Shown piece by piece: positions 23,846 to 36,666 of a stretch of DNA of 56,733 nucleotides; position 1 is the first letter of the stretch; each line of letters begins with the position of its first letter. The position numbers and the translations under genes were made by a program. The notes below the pieces were generated by a model. The model had not been told where the DNA came from and did not search any database. It saw only the letters and a program-made list of their open reading frames with translations. Source of the DNA: Phoronis australis (lineage: Eukaryota > Animalia > Phoronida); NCBI GenBank assembly GCA_002633005.1, contig NMRA01000431.1, positions 63,768 through 120,500 of the forward strand, read 5' to 3'.

Positions 23846-25805
23846 GATACCTGGCAAATACAAAGCAGCTCTTGTTAATCCGACCGTTATCTGCATGGTT
23901 GTTGCCAAATTCAAGTTCAAAAGAACACTAACCGAGAACAGCCCTCCCGATGACTTGTAAGCAAGTCGCGTGAACATGGGATATGCAGAATCGATCTTTG
24001 GCGCGTTTCATTGGCTAATACTTTCGGCCACTTTTGTAAATTCCCGGATTCGCCGAAGAAAGTTTCGGGCCACTGCTTAACACGCGATAAAACTTCACAA
24101 AACAACGGTGTTTCTACTAATTCTGAAGCGATCAACTTACCAAAGTCTGTGGTGGACAAAAATGTTTATTTTTCACATAAGATATCCTTATTACATGTAT
24201 CAAATATCCACGATAATATCCCTGATATTATACTGCGGCACCGTCAGTTAGCGCGCAAGCGGTCGCGGCAGACATTCGTAACTTAGACTGAGATGTGCTT
24301 CTGCTTTTTGACGTATTAAGACAGCTAAAGTGAAAATGACAACCTTACTAATCGCCAAATGACGGTCACGTCATTACTTTCAGTTGCCAAGAAATTCTCA
24401 ACCCTTTACTTGTTTCTGGGGCTACGTGCGCGAAATATGATTTGTCTTTCACACGTTGTTGCCAATGTAAAGTGTAGGCCTACTCCAGCGATTCAAGTGC
24501 GTGAACTCGCGCGTGCGCATCACTTCAAAGAACAGCGACAGTCCTAAATGAAAGAGTATACCGGCTTGGCTCTGGTTTATTTGAAAATGAACTCAGATTC
24601 CCAGCGGTTATAAAAGACCCGATGTCCCGGGACTGATATAACCCAGAACTGACGTTTTCCTGTTGCGATGTTTCCCGAGGTCGATGTTCTGTAAACCCTG
24701 TATTCTATGCCTGTAGTAAGCTATTGCAACTAAACTGGCACGAGATGCGAAATTGTGGTTCAAGTTAACGAACTTTTCATTCTTCTCTTTATACANNNNN
24801 NNNNNNNNNNNNNNNNNNNNNNNNNNNNNNNNNNNNNNNNNNNGGTAACGATATCGCAAAAGTCACCCATACTAGATGGAGTTTGCCTTGCAAAATCGTA
24901 TAATTATAACGTTTCTTACCATTGCAGCGTTTTAATATCTTATTACCGCAAACACTGAGGTTAACGACTATGCTCACGCACAAGCCTACTACCTACCTTT
25001 AAAGCATTTCATAATAAGCGCTCACTGATCTATTAAATGTCCCCCCTTAAATTTTTAGAATTTCCAATTAAGCGCCCACAGTTCAAGCTAGCGCCCATCA
25101 TAGCGCACTACAGACGACTGCGTGTGGTTTAAAATTGACACGCAGCTTATATGGTGTGTCACTTTCATTTTACACAACTTCAGTCTTCTGAAACGTCTTT
25201 TCACAATATGTAAAAACCAAATCTCGGCTTTGTTTTATACCACGGAAAGAAAGTTAACACTAGTGACATTCGTGTCGTTTTGTGACTGACCTATTTTTCC
25301 CATACTTGGAATATTGAGGTACAAACTCGCCGTTACCCGAGTTAGTTTGAATCGTTAATGACTTTGATGACAGCCAGTAGCAGGCCAGATCTAACAAAAT
25401 CCCGGATACTTTTTCAACGTGCATTTTCTCCCTTTTCACATCGCAAATTTAGCTACTCGAATGCACAAGTCAGTTACATGTAGAGAGCACTGATTCAGCT
25501 TTCACGTCGGCAACTTGCCTTGCGCTCTAGAGTCGTTCAATGGCGGTCGTAAAGAATAGTAAGGCCGTACCTGCATGAATGAAGTCAATTTTGAGATCAA
25601 AATTTGTGAGTATTTAACGCTGCAGGTAAGAGCATAATCTAAACATTTTCTCAATGATCTAAAAAATCTATTTTGGCGCATAAAAATGGCGGGAAAATTT
25701 TGCGACTTGGCATTAACGAATGCGAGCTGGATTTTGAAAATGCGACCTGGGATTTTGGCTAGGTCGCAAAATGCGACCTGGCGATTTTAATAGCGTCGAG
25801 CCCTG
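23846..25805. mobile_element. 5'-truncated copy of the CAGGGCTCGAC hAT-like element, spanning an assembly gap
   Basis: Colinear similarity to 41886-43130; ends GCGTCGAGCCCTG; subterminal TGCGACCT repeats. Confidence 0.7.
24796..24843. other. Assembly gap
   Basis: Run of N. Confidence 1.
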
Positions 25806-25809
25806 CCAC

Positions 25810-27510
25810 CACATTGGTTATTGGTTTCCTCACTATGAGGATCATTTAAGTTTACATTTAAATCGCTAAAAGTCTTACCTGGTTGTCACCAGTCTTGCAC
25901 ATCTGAGTTAAACGGAGCTTTAGGTGGTCTACGTGAACCGTAATCAAGGGTCCCGATCTCTCAGCTTGAATTTTATACAAAAATTCGGTTATCTTTTTAG
26001 TAACGAGATAGGACCCTCTCCAACCCAACCCCTATTTCAGATTAGCATTGGGTGGATACCAACGAAAGACCAAATCACCCTCTTTAAACGCTCTGAGTTT
26101 AAGTTTAGAATCGTAACGTGACTTTTGTCTGGACGCACTCGCTTTTAGTTTCTCACGAGCTAACTCGTGTGTCACAGAAACATGGACTTAAACCACTCTA
26201 CGTAAGCAGTCAAACATGGTACGTCTGACTGATGTCGGGAATTATTGGGGTTTTCCAGCATGACATCAATGGGAAGAGACACCTCGTGTCCAAATAACAT
26301 TGGAAAGGGAGAAAACCCTGTACTGTCATGCACCGTGGAATGGTACGCCAGCATATTATCGTAAGGCAGGTGATTGTCCCAATTTTAGCGGTTCTCGTCA
26401 AAAAACATGGCAAGCATTTGCTGAACTGTGGTCTGTGTGGCGTAGTTCTGATTTTCGAGATTTCGAGCAAGGAACAGAGTTGAGACATAAGTTCACTCTC
26501 AAATTTTCTGCCTTGATCAGTTTGTATGAATTTAGGAGTACCAAATGGACAAATAACTTCTTTAACGAGAGTGTCAGCAACAGTGTAGGCCGTATGGTCA
26601 GGTAGACTGAAAGCACTTGTTGAAATAATCGCCAACTACCATGATGTACTCAGGTAATGGCCCCAAGATATCGATGGCAATTCGTTGGAAGGGATCACCC
26701 TCTCTGCTTTGCTTTAGAGGGGCCCATCCATGCCCTGGTCCAGGCTTGCGGTGTGGGCACATGTCGTATTTTCAACACCACCATGTGACATCACGAAGTA
26801 GACCTGGCCAATAGTAGCGGGACCTCACAGCTTCCTGGGTTCTCTCCGGAGGTGACCAGCTGTCCTGTTATGTAGGGCTTTCAATATATCTGAACGCAAC
26901 GTCTGAGATATGACCAGCACCCAACGTTCTCCGATCCCACAATTGGCGATCCATCTGTGGTATAGTAAACTGTCGCATATTTCAAGTAAATTCCATTCGC
27001 TGAATAGCCTCTTCACCTGATTACTATGTTCAGCTTTAGCCGTACGTCCTAACTCGCCGTTAGGACCAGCAAAGACATCTGAGAATTTGATTATTAAGGC
27101 TTTAACTTGAGTGGCTTGGTCGAAATTAAGACCTTTGATCGCGCTCTTATACAAAGATTCTAAATGGTTGGCCAGTGGATCGTTTTCCAACCCTGATGAT
27201 TTGCTGCGGTCACTTGTCACCGCACCACTCATACATTTACTGGACAGTGGACCGTTTTGCAACCCTCAAGGTTTGCTGCGGCCACCTGTCACCACGCCAC
27301 CCGTACATTTGCGGTTCGGACGTAGAGATATCTGTACCCCTCGATAAAAGTGAAGTCCTTTTGGGGAAGGTTAAACGTTGGACAACTAGTTCGTTTCATG
27401 AAATTTAGACCCAAAACAATTGGTACGACTACGTTGATATCAGCGACAAGAAATTAATGTGAAAATTCCAAATTTTCCACACTAAACGAGATTTCAAAGT
27501 TGTGGTAGTT
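25810..27510 (-). mobile_element. Decayed Ty3/Gypsy LTR retrotransposon pol fragment (protease end, integrase; RT/RNase H absent)
   Basis: FLVADINVVVPIVLGLNF (protease end); KFSDVFAGPNGELGRT (pre-RT linker); HNRTAGHL (IN zinc finger); PFQRIAIDILGPLP; FGTPKFIQTDQGRKFES; MLAYHSTVHDSTGFSPFPMLFG; many frameshifts. Confidence 0.88.
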
Positions 27511-28062
27511 CAGTAAGGACATTTTCTATTGATTTACAGGGTCTTTTCACTAAGCGCGTTGTCCCTCAACTAAACAACTGAAATTATTCTGAAAATTGGT
27601 GGTGAATTCACTATGTGTATTTTGGAAACTGTTTCATAGGCAAGTAAGTAGGAAAAGTATCCATGCGCGAACCCAGGGGGGGCTTGAATGAGTTCTCCAT
27701 TTGGCAAAGTGGGCAAAAAGGTCCTGAGAGAAACCAAATATCCGAGAAAACGAGACAAAAGTCCACTGAAGAGGCAAGAATTCGGCAAAAGCTCTGAATG
27801 CTGAGCAAATCCGTTTTTTTTTTTTAGTGAAAGGTTCACTGCGAAAAATTTAACCCCCCCTCCTATAGTTTTGGGTAAATTTGGTCTGTACTCAAAAATC
27901 TGCAAATTTGCTGAAAAATCTGCAAATCGGGTGTTCAGAGTTTACACCAATGCAGTTTTGGTGGTACACAGGTCTGTGTCCATGAGAGAGGCCAACCATT
28001 GGTTTATTACAAATATTTTGAGAATCAATGGTCGTATAATTGTCATGGGCATTTTGTTTCAG

Positions 28063-28194
28063 ATGAGTAGAGGTGGTACTCGTGTTTACATAGGCCATCT
28101 GTCTAACAGTGTCAGAGAAGAAGACGTGCAGCGTTTCTTTCGAGATTATGGCAGAATAAATGAAGTCAATTTGAAAAATGGCTATGGTTTTGTG
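28063..28194 (+). CDS. SRSF4/5/6: SR paralog B, coding exon 1 (RRM1 first half)
   Basis: cag|ATG...|gtaagt; MSRGGTRVYIGHLSNSVREEDVQRFFRDYGRINEVNLKNGYGFV with RNP2 and RNP1. Confidence 0.97.
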
Positions 28195-28351
28195 GTAAGT
28201 AACTCACATTTTAATGTTGCCTACTGGTGTGGATTTAGCTAAGGGTTGAGTGCTGATATGTAATACCAATTAATGATTATCCATGTTCAAGTTTGGTATT
28301 ACAGTCTAACATTGCGACAATGTTAGAATTCATTGAAAAATAAAAAAGGGC

Positions 28352-30584
28352 GGTTATTGTTTACAATCCGACTCCAATAACATATATACTTGATGTTAAT
28401 ATTTTCCAAGCTCTCTCACCTTGGTGATCTTAGTGATTCCAAAAATGTATTACTCGTACTCATTAGGCTCGTCTTATTCATGCATTCACTGTTTTTACAA
28501 GGCGTTCATTTGCGGCATCCCATCTCGAGTGACCACCATTATAAAACTGCGACACCTCTCGGCAGGAATGATAACTGTAATGATCACGCAAGTGTCAGAC
28601 GACCCCAAAATTGGTTAGTATATTGAAGATACTGCGTGGCATATTAGGGAAACTCTGAGTGAAAAACAATAAGTCACTTATAAAGGATTGCCTCTTCAAA
28701 ACCTCTTTAGAAAAAACACGAGAATGCGTGTTCTTGCGCCCAAATATCGTTCTCGAAAACACTTGACATCTCGGACATGTGTGTCGTCTCAGAGACAAAA
28801 ACTGTTTCAAACAAGTGGAATTAGGTAATAAGATAATTACTATCACTGGCAGACTAAAATACGCGAACACAGAAATACATTCTGATTGAACTACCTTCAC
28901 TTAACTGCTGAAAGGTGTCGCACTTTTAAAAATGGCTGCCTCACTAAATTCGCATTGCAAATGAACACCTAGGAAAAACTCAAAAACTGTTAATACCGTA
29001 TTCACCCTAATAAGCGCCCATGACGCTTAGAAAAATTTGCTTCAGGAATTCGCTTATTATAGCCCAAAAGTGGTTGAAACCTGGTTTCTGAAACAGGTGA
29101 AATCGTAAGCTAGAATTCATCAAATTTACGCTCTGTGACGCATCTGTGACGGAGTTTCTACAAAATTGCTGTGCATTTCTATCAAACTTTGTTGTTAAAT
29201 TACGATCATCTTTCAGAAAATTCCCGGTAGTGTGAAAACTCACCAACTGATGCGTCGCTGCCTGCCGATTGCCGATAGGTCAACTTGAATTCTTGAGTAA
29301 AAATATAGTTTCGACTCAACAAATTACCTAAAGTCCTTAAGTTTTCAAAATAACGTCCCTAGGATTTTTAAGTTCCTGTGGAGTTTGGATTAATTGCATA
29401 TTAAGTCCAAATTTGGGCTAGATTGTACTCTGCAACACGAGAAAAATCTCTGGATGAACACACATGTTGTTGTCACGTGATGTTTGTTTTGAAGTTCATC
29501 TGCGTGTTGTGTGAGTGAACGAGTGTGTGCGTGTCATCAGAGTTAATTTGCCAGAGTAAACGCGATATAAAGATCTAGATGTGCATTATAACTAAGGAAA
29601 TTAACACAAGCAGTAAAGCAGAACATGTTTTATTTAGCACTTGTTGATCTGATCTGCTAAAAAACGTTGGAGAATTGTCTCGGTAAGGCTGATGTCATTG
29701 AGTTGCCGGGTGACTGGATGCTTGACAGTCTAACAGTTATTTTTGGGGAGATTCGGTGGAGGGGGGTATAAGGGTGCGGAAGTGTTCACTATCAGTGGGT
29801 CATTTTAACTTTAAAAACAACAATTACGACAAATTTAATAGTTCCCCCTTAAAAATAACACAAGCGTTTTCTACGGTATTGGAAACTTTCGGAAATAAGT
29901 GCCAGTATTTATTTCTTGCCTATGCTATGCTACCTGTTTCATGACGGTAGTTCCTGAAGACTAATCTTCGATGACAAGTACTTGAATGTAGCACGCGCTT
30001 CCTGGCCACGTGAACAAAGGTAAAGTTGTTATTAGTCTTCGATTCGCAGTTTTCTTGTGTAGAAAGAAATTTGGATTCCTGTTGAGGGAGAAGATCTGTA
30101 CGTACGGGAAAGATACAATACAATCCCTGTGACGAGTACACTGCGTCTGTTCTGAAAGGCCAGACCATAATAGGACACGTCTCTCGCAAGATCAGCAAAA
30201 CTTGCGTTCTTTTTGAAGCACGGCGGAAGTTTGAAGTGAATAGTCATGGCTATATGCTGACATGGCGGCGAGGCTCGTGGTCTACAAATTTCGTGCACAA
30301 TGATTTTTTCACGACTGTCGGATCTTATTGATAAATTGAAGACTTTACTGTAGAATTTTAGAACTGTAGGTAAAGCATTTTTCGCATGTACATGGTGTTC
30401 ATGGTCTGGGCGCTTATTTTAGAACGTCTACGGGCGCTTATAGGGGCACGGGCGCTTATTAGGGCGAATACAGTAAGAAGCGACCATTCAGTACAAGTAA
30501 TACATTTTTGGAATAACTGACTTGAGGATTCAGAAAATAGTATCAAGTATGTACGTTAATGGAGTCTGATTGTAAACAATAGCC
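28352..30584. mobile_element. Merlin-like non-autonomous element hosting a mariner-type MITE
   Basis: ~40-bp TIR GGTTATTGTTTACAATCCGACTCCA / TGGAGTCTGATTGTAAACAATAGCC; GG..CC ends; perfect 8-bp TSD AAAAGGGC. Confidence 0.75.
28996..30473. mobile_element. Tc1/mariner(pogo)-like non-autonomous element
   Basis: TA|CCGTATTCACCCTAATAAGCGCCC...GGGCGCTTATTAGGGCGAATACAG|TA; homologous copies at 30930-31270 and 55391-56498. Confidence 0.85.
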
Positions 30585-30929
30585 AAAAGGGCATTTTGGC
30601 AATTACTTTTCTCTGAACTTGTTGAGATCTTACGGTTTGGTATTCCTGGAATTTTGCCACAATATTGCCACAAGTTGACATATCTCTTGTTAGTGTTGTG
30701 TTTCATGTCTTCTGCTAGTGTTGTGTTTCATGTCTTCTGCTAGTGTTGTTACTGTTTGCAGTGTTCTTCATCACCTATTTTGACTCGACGCGGTAACGAG
30801 TTTGAATTTTGCAGCGTCAAGTTTGGGGAAGCATCAAGTTTAAAAATTTTGGCTGGCTTGGTACTTCATCCCTCAGCATCTAATCAGAGCCTGATTTTAC
30901 CAACAGTAAACATAGTTCACTTTACAGTA

Positions 30930-31270
30930 CCGTATTGGCCATAATAAGTCGCCTGGGGTGGTTAGTAGAATTCGTTTCAGGGGGAGGGGGAGGCACTTAT
31001 TGAATATTGTAACCCAAGGTGGTTGAAACCCGGTCTCCAAAACGGATGAAATCGGAAGCTAGGATTCATCAAATTTACGGTCCGGGATGTATCTGTAGCC
31101 TATGACAGACTTTCTACAAAACGGTGACGCATTGCTATCAAATTACGTTGTTAACTTACGATCATTTTAGAGAAAATTATACTGAAATCCCAGGGCGAAA
31201 ACTCGCCCTGCCTTGCGGTCGTCGACAGGGCAGCTTGAATTAAAATATAGTTTCGACTTGACTAATTACC
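30930..31270. mobile_element. Partial copy of the CCGTA mariner-like element
   Basis: TACCGTATTGGCCATAATAAG start; colinear with 28996-29330. Confidence 0.7.
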
Positions 31271-31835
31271 CATCTAATTTTAGTTATGAATTTTCTAAGA
31301 TTTGCATTTTCTATAACCTCTTAAGTATTGCGCAATGCAGAAATCTTAAGACGTAAGCATACATACTTAGTTTACCATTGCAATCGACCTTAGTTTCTCA
31401 TTATTGGAAAGCACATTCCTTCAACCTTTGTTTAAATTCAGACAGAAAAGTTGCTTACCACTCACTGAACCCAAACATAGCCACATCCATATTTACATAA
31501 CAGATGTCTTTGCATGTGAGTCGTTCTACCATGTTCGTCACATACTCTCAACAGTTCGTATGTTTCTTTTGGAAGCCTGTCACTGGACATTTTCTACCAC
31601 TAGTTGATACATCTTATAAAGTAAATGACATGCAATTCTCCAAGAACTGCACTGTTTGAAGTATTACTACTGATTCTTAATATTTGTTAAAAGGTTGCCT
31701 GTACATTCTCAATGGCTTTGTGAGCCCTAATACAGTATGGGTGCTATTGTTTTATTAAAACTTGTTGCATAGTCCATATCAATGATACTAGGTTGGTACT
31801 TTAAATCTGTCTTAAGTCTGCTGTATTGCATTCAG

Positions 31836-31906
31836 GAATTTGATGATGACAGAGATGCAGATGATGCAGTTGATGATCTGAATGGCAAATCTTTACTTGG
31901 AGAGAG
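31836..31906 (+). CDS. SRSF4/5/6: SR paralog B, coding exon 2
   Basis: ttcag|...|gtgagt; EFDDDRDADDAVDDLNGKSLLGER; 71 nt as in paralog A. Confidence 0.97.
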
Positions 31907-32374
31907 GTGAGTTGTACTCTACACGTCAGGAAAGTGTTGCGTAATAGTATAAAGTAGCCATGGTTACCCAACTGTGCACAAATTGGTGCCTGATGTTATT
32001 TTGAAATTTTATGTGTAGACTGAAATTTTTTTATTCGGGTTTGGCATCGTTTTCATGTAAGCAATCAAACTGACTTTCTCAAGTTTTAAGACTTAAACTA
32101 CGAGACTTTCTGTCAAATCATTGTGTTTGTGGAAGTCGTGATATGACCATGTTGCAAAAATGTTAACACCAGTTGCTGTATAAAATGGCTTTAAAATTAT
32201 CTATGGTATTTGATGAATTTCTTTAAAACTATCTATGCTATATGATGACTTTCTTTCGGGGCTGAGACATTGTGTTGAAAATCTTTCCCAACATAGTCTG
32301 ATAGCATTTTGATTACACAACCTTTACCAGCTTGCATCTGGCATGCTGTTAAACCACCTTTGGTTCTTTCACAG

Positions 32375-32488
32375 AGTTGTTCTGGAGCACGCCCGTGGCC
32401 AGCCTCGGGGTTCAGACCGTGACCGCTATAGAGATTTTCGAGATCGGGACTATGGTCGAGGCAGTCGCCGGCCATCTTGGATGGACAA
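32375..32488 (+). CDS. SRSF4/5/6: SR paralog B, coding exon 3
   Basis: acag|...|gtaagt; VVLEHARGQPRGSDRDRYRDFRDRDYGRGSRRPSWMDK. Confidence 0.95.
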
Positions 32489-33256
32489 GTAAGTCAATTT
32501 TCTAAATGTTAGCTAGTGAACTGAAATGTTCATGACACTTCTGCCATTTTCAAGTCAGTTAGCCCTTACCATTTCTGCCCACACCTATTGACACGCGTGA
32601 TGAACATCTTTCGGGGCTGATTGTTACTGCTGTAAACCAATCCCAATATGTTCTGATATGTCTTATGTGTTGTGATCTCCATTTAATCCAAACTACATTG
32701 CAGTGTTCACACCTCCTTACATTGGGTCCAGGGAACCTACCTTCCACAATGTTTCGAATCCATTACAAGTTCTTGGGATTTGTGAAAACAGGAATCATTA
32801 AAGCAGCACAAAATGTTGCACATTTTATATTAAAAATGAGACGAATCTGCTGCTACTTAGTAGAAAATATGAGAGCATTACCAAGAAATGAAACGGATGG
32901 TTTTTAGTCCTGGTTCTTTAAACTCGTCTTCCATCACAACTTTTGATGCAGACCACTGACTGTTATAAAATTACTCTCTAAGCTGTTCCTCAGTAAAAAT
33001 AGATGGAATTCTCAGTCCTGGAAAGAACTGACATTTCGTTATTGCTCGAGATCAAACTTGACAAGTTGACGTGTCATTTTATTTGTCGAGCATGGTCTGT
33101 AACCATACTGAACCGTCAGTTCTTTCTGTGATCGAAAATCACTTGTAATCTGAAGAACAAATTGGTACTAATTTTATAGCAGTAAGTGGTCTAAATCAAA
33201 AGTAAGTTTCTTTGGATAAAGGTTGGCTTATAGACACTTGAAGCTTTATTTTTAAC

Positions 33257-33570
33257 TATTTAAGGTAAGTGTGTAAGTTGGTGTGCTCATTATATCAATA
33301 TGCATGTTTATCTAGTTATTTAGGGTAAGTGTGTGTAAGTTGGTGTGCTCATTAGATCAATATGCATGTTTATCTAGTTATTTAGGGTAAGTGTGTGTAA
33401 GTTAGTGTGCTCATTATATCAATATGCATGTTTATCTAGTTATTTAGGGTAAGTGTGTGTAAGTTAGTGTGCTCATTATATCAATATGCATGTTTATCTA
33501 GTTATTTAGGGTAAGTGTGTGTAAGTTGGTGTGCTCATTAGATCAATATGCATGTTTATCGTTATTTAGG
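33257..33570 (+). repeat. Minisatellite, 62-bp unit, ~5 copies
   Basis: Unit TATTTAGGGTAAGTGTGTGTAAGTTGGTGTGCTCATTAGATCAATATGCATGTTTATCTAGT. Confidence 0.95.
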
Positions 33571-33711
33571 TCAAATGACGCAGCAGCCTCAGGCGATCTC
33601 TGGGCATGGTTACATTTTGTTCACTCAATGAGATTACTGTGTCTTCTGGTACGGCCGACCAATGTGTTTTTACTAACTTTTTGTTTTAGTTGGTTTCCGT
33701 CTTTGTTTCAG

Positions 33712-33781
33712 GTACGGCCCTCCTACCAGAACAGATTATCGTGTTGTTGTAAAGAATCTGTCTTCCCGTGTCAGCTGGCAG
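33712..33781 (+). CDS. SRSF4/5/6: SR paralog B, coding exon 4
   Basis: TACTAAC branch site at 33671; tttcag|...|gtatgt; [23 protein letters not shown]. Confidence 0.97.
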
Positions 33782-34021
33782 GTATGTCCAACATTTTTTT
33801 CGAAGGTTTTGTTGTTTCTCCCAGGAATTCTCTGAAATGTCTACAATTAACTGTCTGTTAAAAATTTAGATTGAAGCTGAAAACAATGCGTAATTGTGAT
33901 TTTATCTCACAATTTCCATTTAGCAACACGTGGAATAGTAAGGTGAAACCTTGGTCGATACGTAAAGTTCTACAAATAACAGAATTTGAGGAAGTAGTGG
34001 TGGCTGATCATGTGTGACTGA

Positions 34022-34112
34022 TGGCTGTACCAGGTGGTGCAGGCAAGCATATTTGGCTGTACCAGGTGGTGCAGGCAAGCATATTTGGCTGTACCAGGTG
34101 GTGCAGGCAAGC
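34022..34112 (+). repeat. Tandem repeat, 32-bp unit, ~2.8 copies
   Basis: GGCTGTACCAGGTGGTGCAGGCAAGCATATTT starting at 34023, 34055 and 34087. Confidence 0.9.
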
Positions 34113-34529
34113 GTAATTGGCTTCATGAAAAGGTCATTTTACTGTCTATGTGATTAGGCATGATGCGTTTATATAAAAGTAGAATTACCTCCTCATCATC
34201 AGTAGTCATGTTGCTACTTCTAAGTCTCCCATTGAACCTCTTTCATCAAATTTTTGTCTATGGCAGTAAGTAGTAAACCTTTCCACAATATTCTCATAAC
34301 TGGTTTTTTGCTTGTTTTGAAAACCCTCAACTCGTAAATCTATTAATTCAGTATAGATGAGGTGAAGTCTAAGCTCGTGCACCATTAAGGTACTTCAGTG
34401 ATCCTCATTTGCATGGTTATGGTAAATTTGTCATTACTCAACTTTTATGATGCAGCATCTTCCTTTGAATTCTCTTGCCTACAATTTAAACCATAAGTCA
34501 AAGGAACCTGGGATCCTTACTAACTTACA

Positions 34530-36030
34530 TTTTTATGCGCCCACATATATATATGTGGTCGCATATTGTCGTCACTTTATCCAGGCGTCCTTGTGTCTTG
34601 CTATATCTCAAAAACTTCTGATTGTATTTTTAAAAAATTGAGCACAAGGGTGTTGGGCATCACTAGAACTTCTCAATTTGCCCCAACCCCTGGGGTCAGG
34701 GTGCGAGGCTTTTTCAGTATTTTTGGGGAAGAGCATTTCTGGATGATAATTAGGGAACGGGTTGACAGATTTCAATGAAACTTGACACGAAGGTGTTTGA
34801 TATCAATGCAGCAGCACTATTAAATTCTCAGGCAGATTCAACCACTATAGCACCTCCTGGTGGCCATTTTGTTCTCGATGAAGGGCTTTTCGAGTGTTGT
34901 TTTTGGGAAAAGAGTGTTTCTGAATGATATCTAGGAAATTGATGGGCGTATTAATTGAACATTGAAACTTGACACAAAGGTATATTGTGAGATTGCAGCA
35001 GCACCATTTGTTTTTTCAACCGGATTTGATTACTGCAGTACCTCCTAGTGGTCATTTTGTGCAAGAGTGTTTCCGAATGATGTCTAGAGAATTTATTGAT
35101 GGATGTCAATCAAACTTGGCACAAAGGTGTGTGATATCGATGACTTGGCACCATTAGATTTTTGGCAGATTCGAGTAAGGTAGCACCTCCTAGTGGCCAT
35201 TTTGTTATCAGCAAGTGTTGTTCGGCAGAAGAACTTTACCAGATGATACTTAGAGAACTGATGAGTATATTTCATTGAAACTTGACACAGGTATGTGGTG
35301 AGATTGCGGTGGCACCATTTGTTTTTTCGGGAGGACTCGACAACTACAGTGCCCCTTATTGGCCTTTTTGTGTGAGAACGTTTCCGTGTGATACATAGTG
35401 AACTGAATGAAGGATTTCAATGAAAGTTGACAAAGGAGGTTTGTGATGAGAATGCAGCTGCACCATTAAATGTTCAGTCGGATTCGACTAATGTAGCACC
35501 TCCTAGTGGCCATTTTGTTTTCGTCATGGTCTTTTCAAGTGCTGTTTGAGTAAGAGCATTTCCGAATGATATTTGGAGAATCAATCGATAGATTTCATTG
35601 AAACTTGACATAGAGGTATATTATGAGACTGCGCGGCAGTATTTGATTTTTGGCCAGATTCGACAACTGCAGTGACTTAGTGGCTATTTGGTGTGAGAGG
35701 TTTGTGATGTTTTCAACATGGGCTTTGAAGTGTTTGGGGAATAGTGTTTCAGAATGATATCTAAAGAACCAATTAACAAATTTGATTAAACTTGACTCAG
35801 AGGTTTATTATGAGACTGCTTTTGAAGTGTTATTTCAGGGAAGATTATATCTATAGAACTGTTTGGCAGATTTCAATGAAACTATACTCAGAAGCATATG
35901 AGTACAGTGCGCTGGCACCATTTGATATTTGGGCTGCTTTGACTACTTCAGCACCTCCTGGTGGCCCTTAAAAACATATCGTCTGCGATGCTCCGTGGGT
36001 GCATGTCAACGCTCCAGCGTTGCTCTTGTT
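34530..36030 (+). mobile_element. Full-length HINE/Helentron-associated element (second subfamily)
   Basis: 5' TTTTTATGCGCCCACATAT..ATATGTGGTCGCAT palindrome; tandem subunits with GCACCTCCTAGTGGCC; 3' GTGGGTGCAT, CAACGCT..AGCGTTG hairpin and CTCTTGTT. Confidence 0.78.
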
Positions 36031-36296
36031 TGAAATGACGAGTAATTAAAACTGCTCCATTTTGTAACATCTATTTGTGAAAAGCAAACATTTCTCAGTA
36101 CTACAGGACAACATAATTGAACTGTTGTGCAAGACATTCTGTGGCTAACATCGAAATTTAGCTGAAATAGCTCAGGTTGTATTTGATGTATAACTGGTTA
36201 GCCACAGTGTATTTTTCTCCTAAAACAAAGTTCCTTAAAGTATGTTAGTAACCTTTGCTATGTGACTGCTATTTAATTGTGAGCAATGCCTTTAAG

Positions 36297-36666
36297 CTTG
36301 CAGTACCGCCATGACAGGTGATGTATGGTGCGAGAATGGCAGCACAGACTTAGCCACTGATGTTCTCTATCATTCTTACCCTCGAGATGTACCCCATTAG
36401 ACGATGATCCAAGGTGCCAAGCACCACCTAGATGATTGATGTGATCTCTAGACGCCATCCTCACTATACTGTGTGTGTGTGGACCATCGTCTTGCCATGC
36501 TTGTGACTTGGCCGTGGTCCATTTGTGAGGGATGAGTTCCCTTAGCTGACGAAGCCTGGCATTGATCTAAATTACACTGATGCTCTCTCATCCACTCTGA
36601 TGTTCTTGCCAGAGGGTGCTTACTCAATCCAATCTGGGGCATATGTCTAGATCATGAAACAAGGAG
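36297..36666 (+). other. Putative poison cassette exon of SR paralog B; 5' boundary uncertain (AGs end at 36283, 36296, 36303, 36317)
   Basis: Homologous to 8830-9184; donor GAG|GTAAAG; early in-frame stops from all candidate acceptors. Confidence 0.75.

Noticed and set aside
33257-34112. 62-bp and 32-bp repeats as a CRISPR-like array
   Set aside because: Head-to-tail units without unique spacers, eukaryotic intron, no cas genes.
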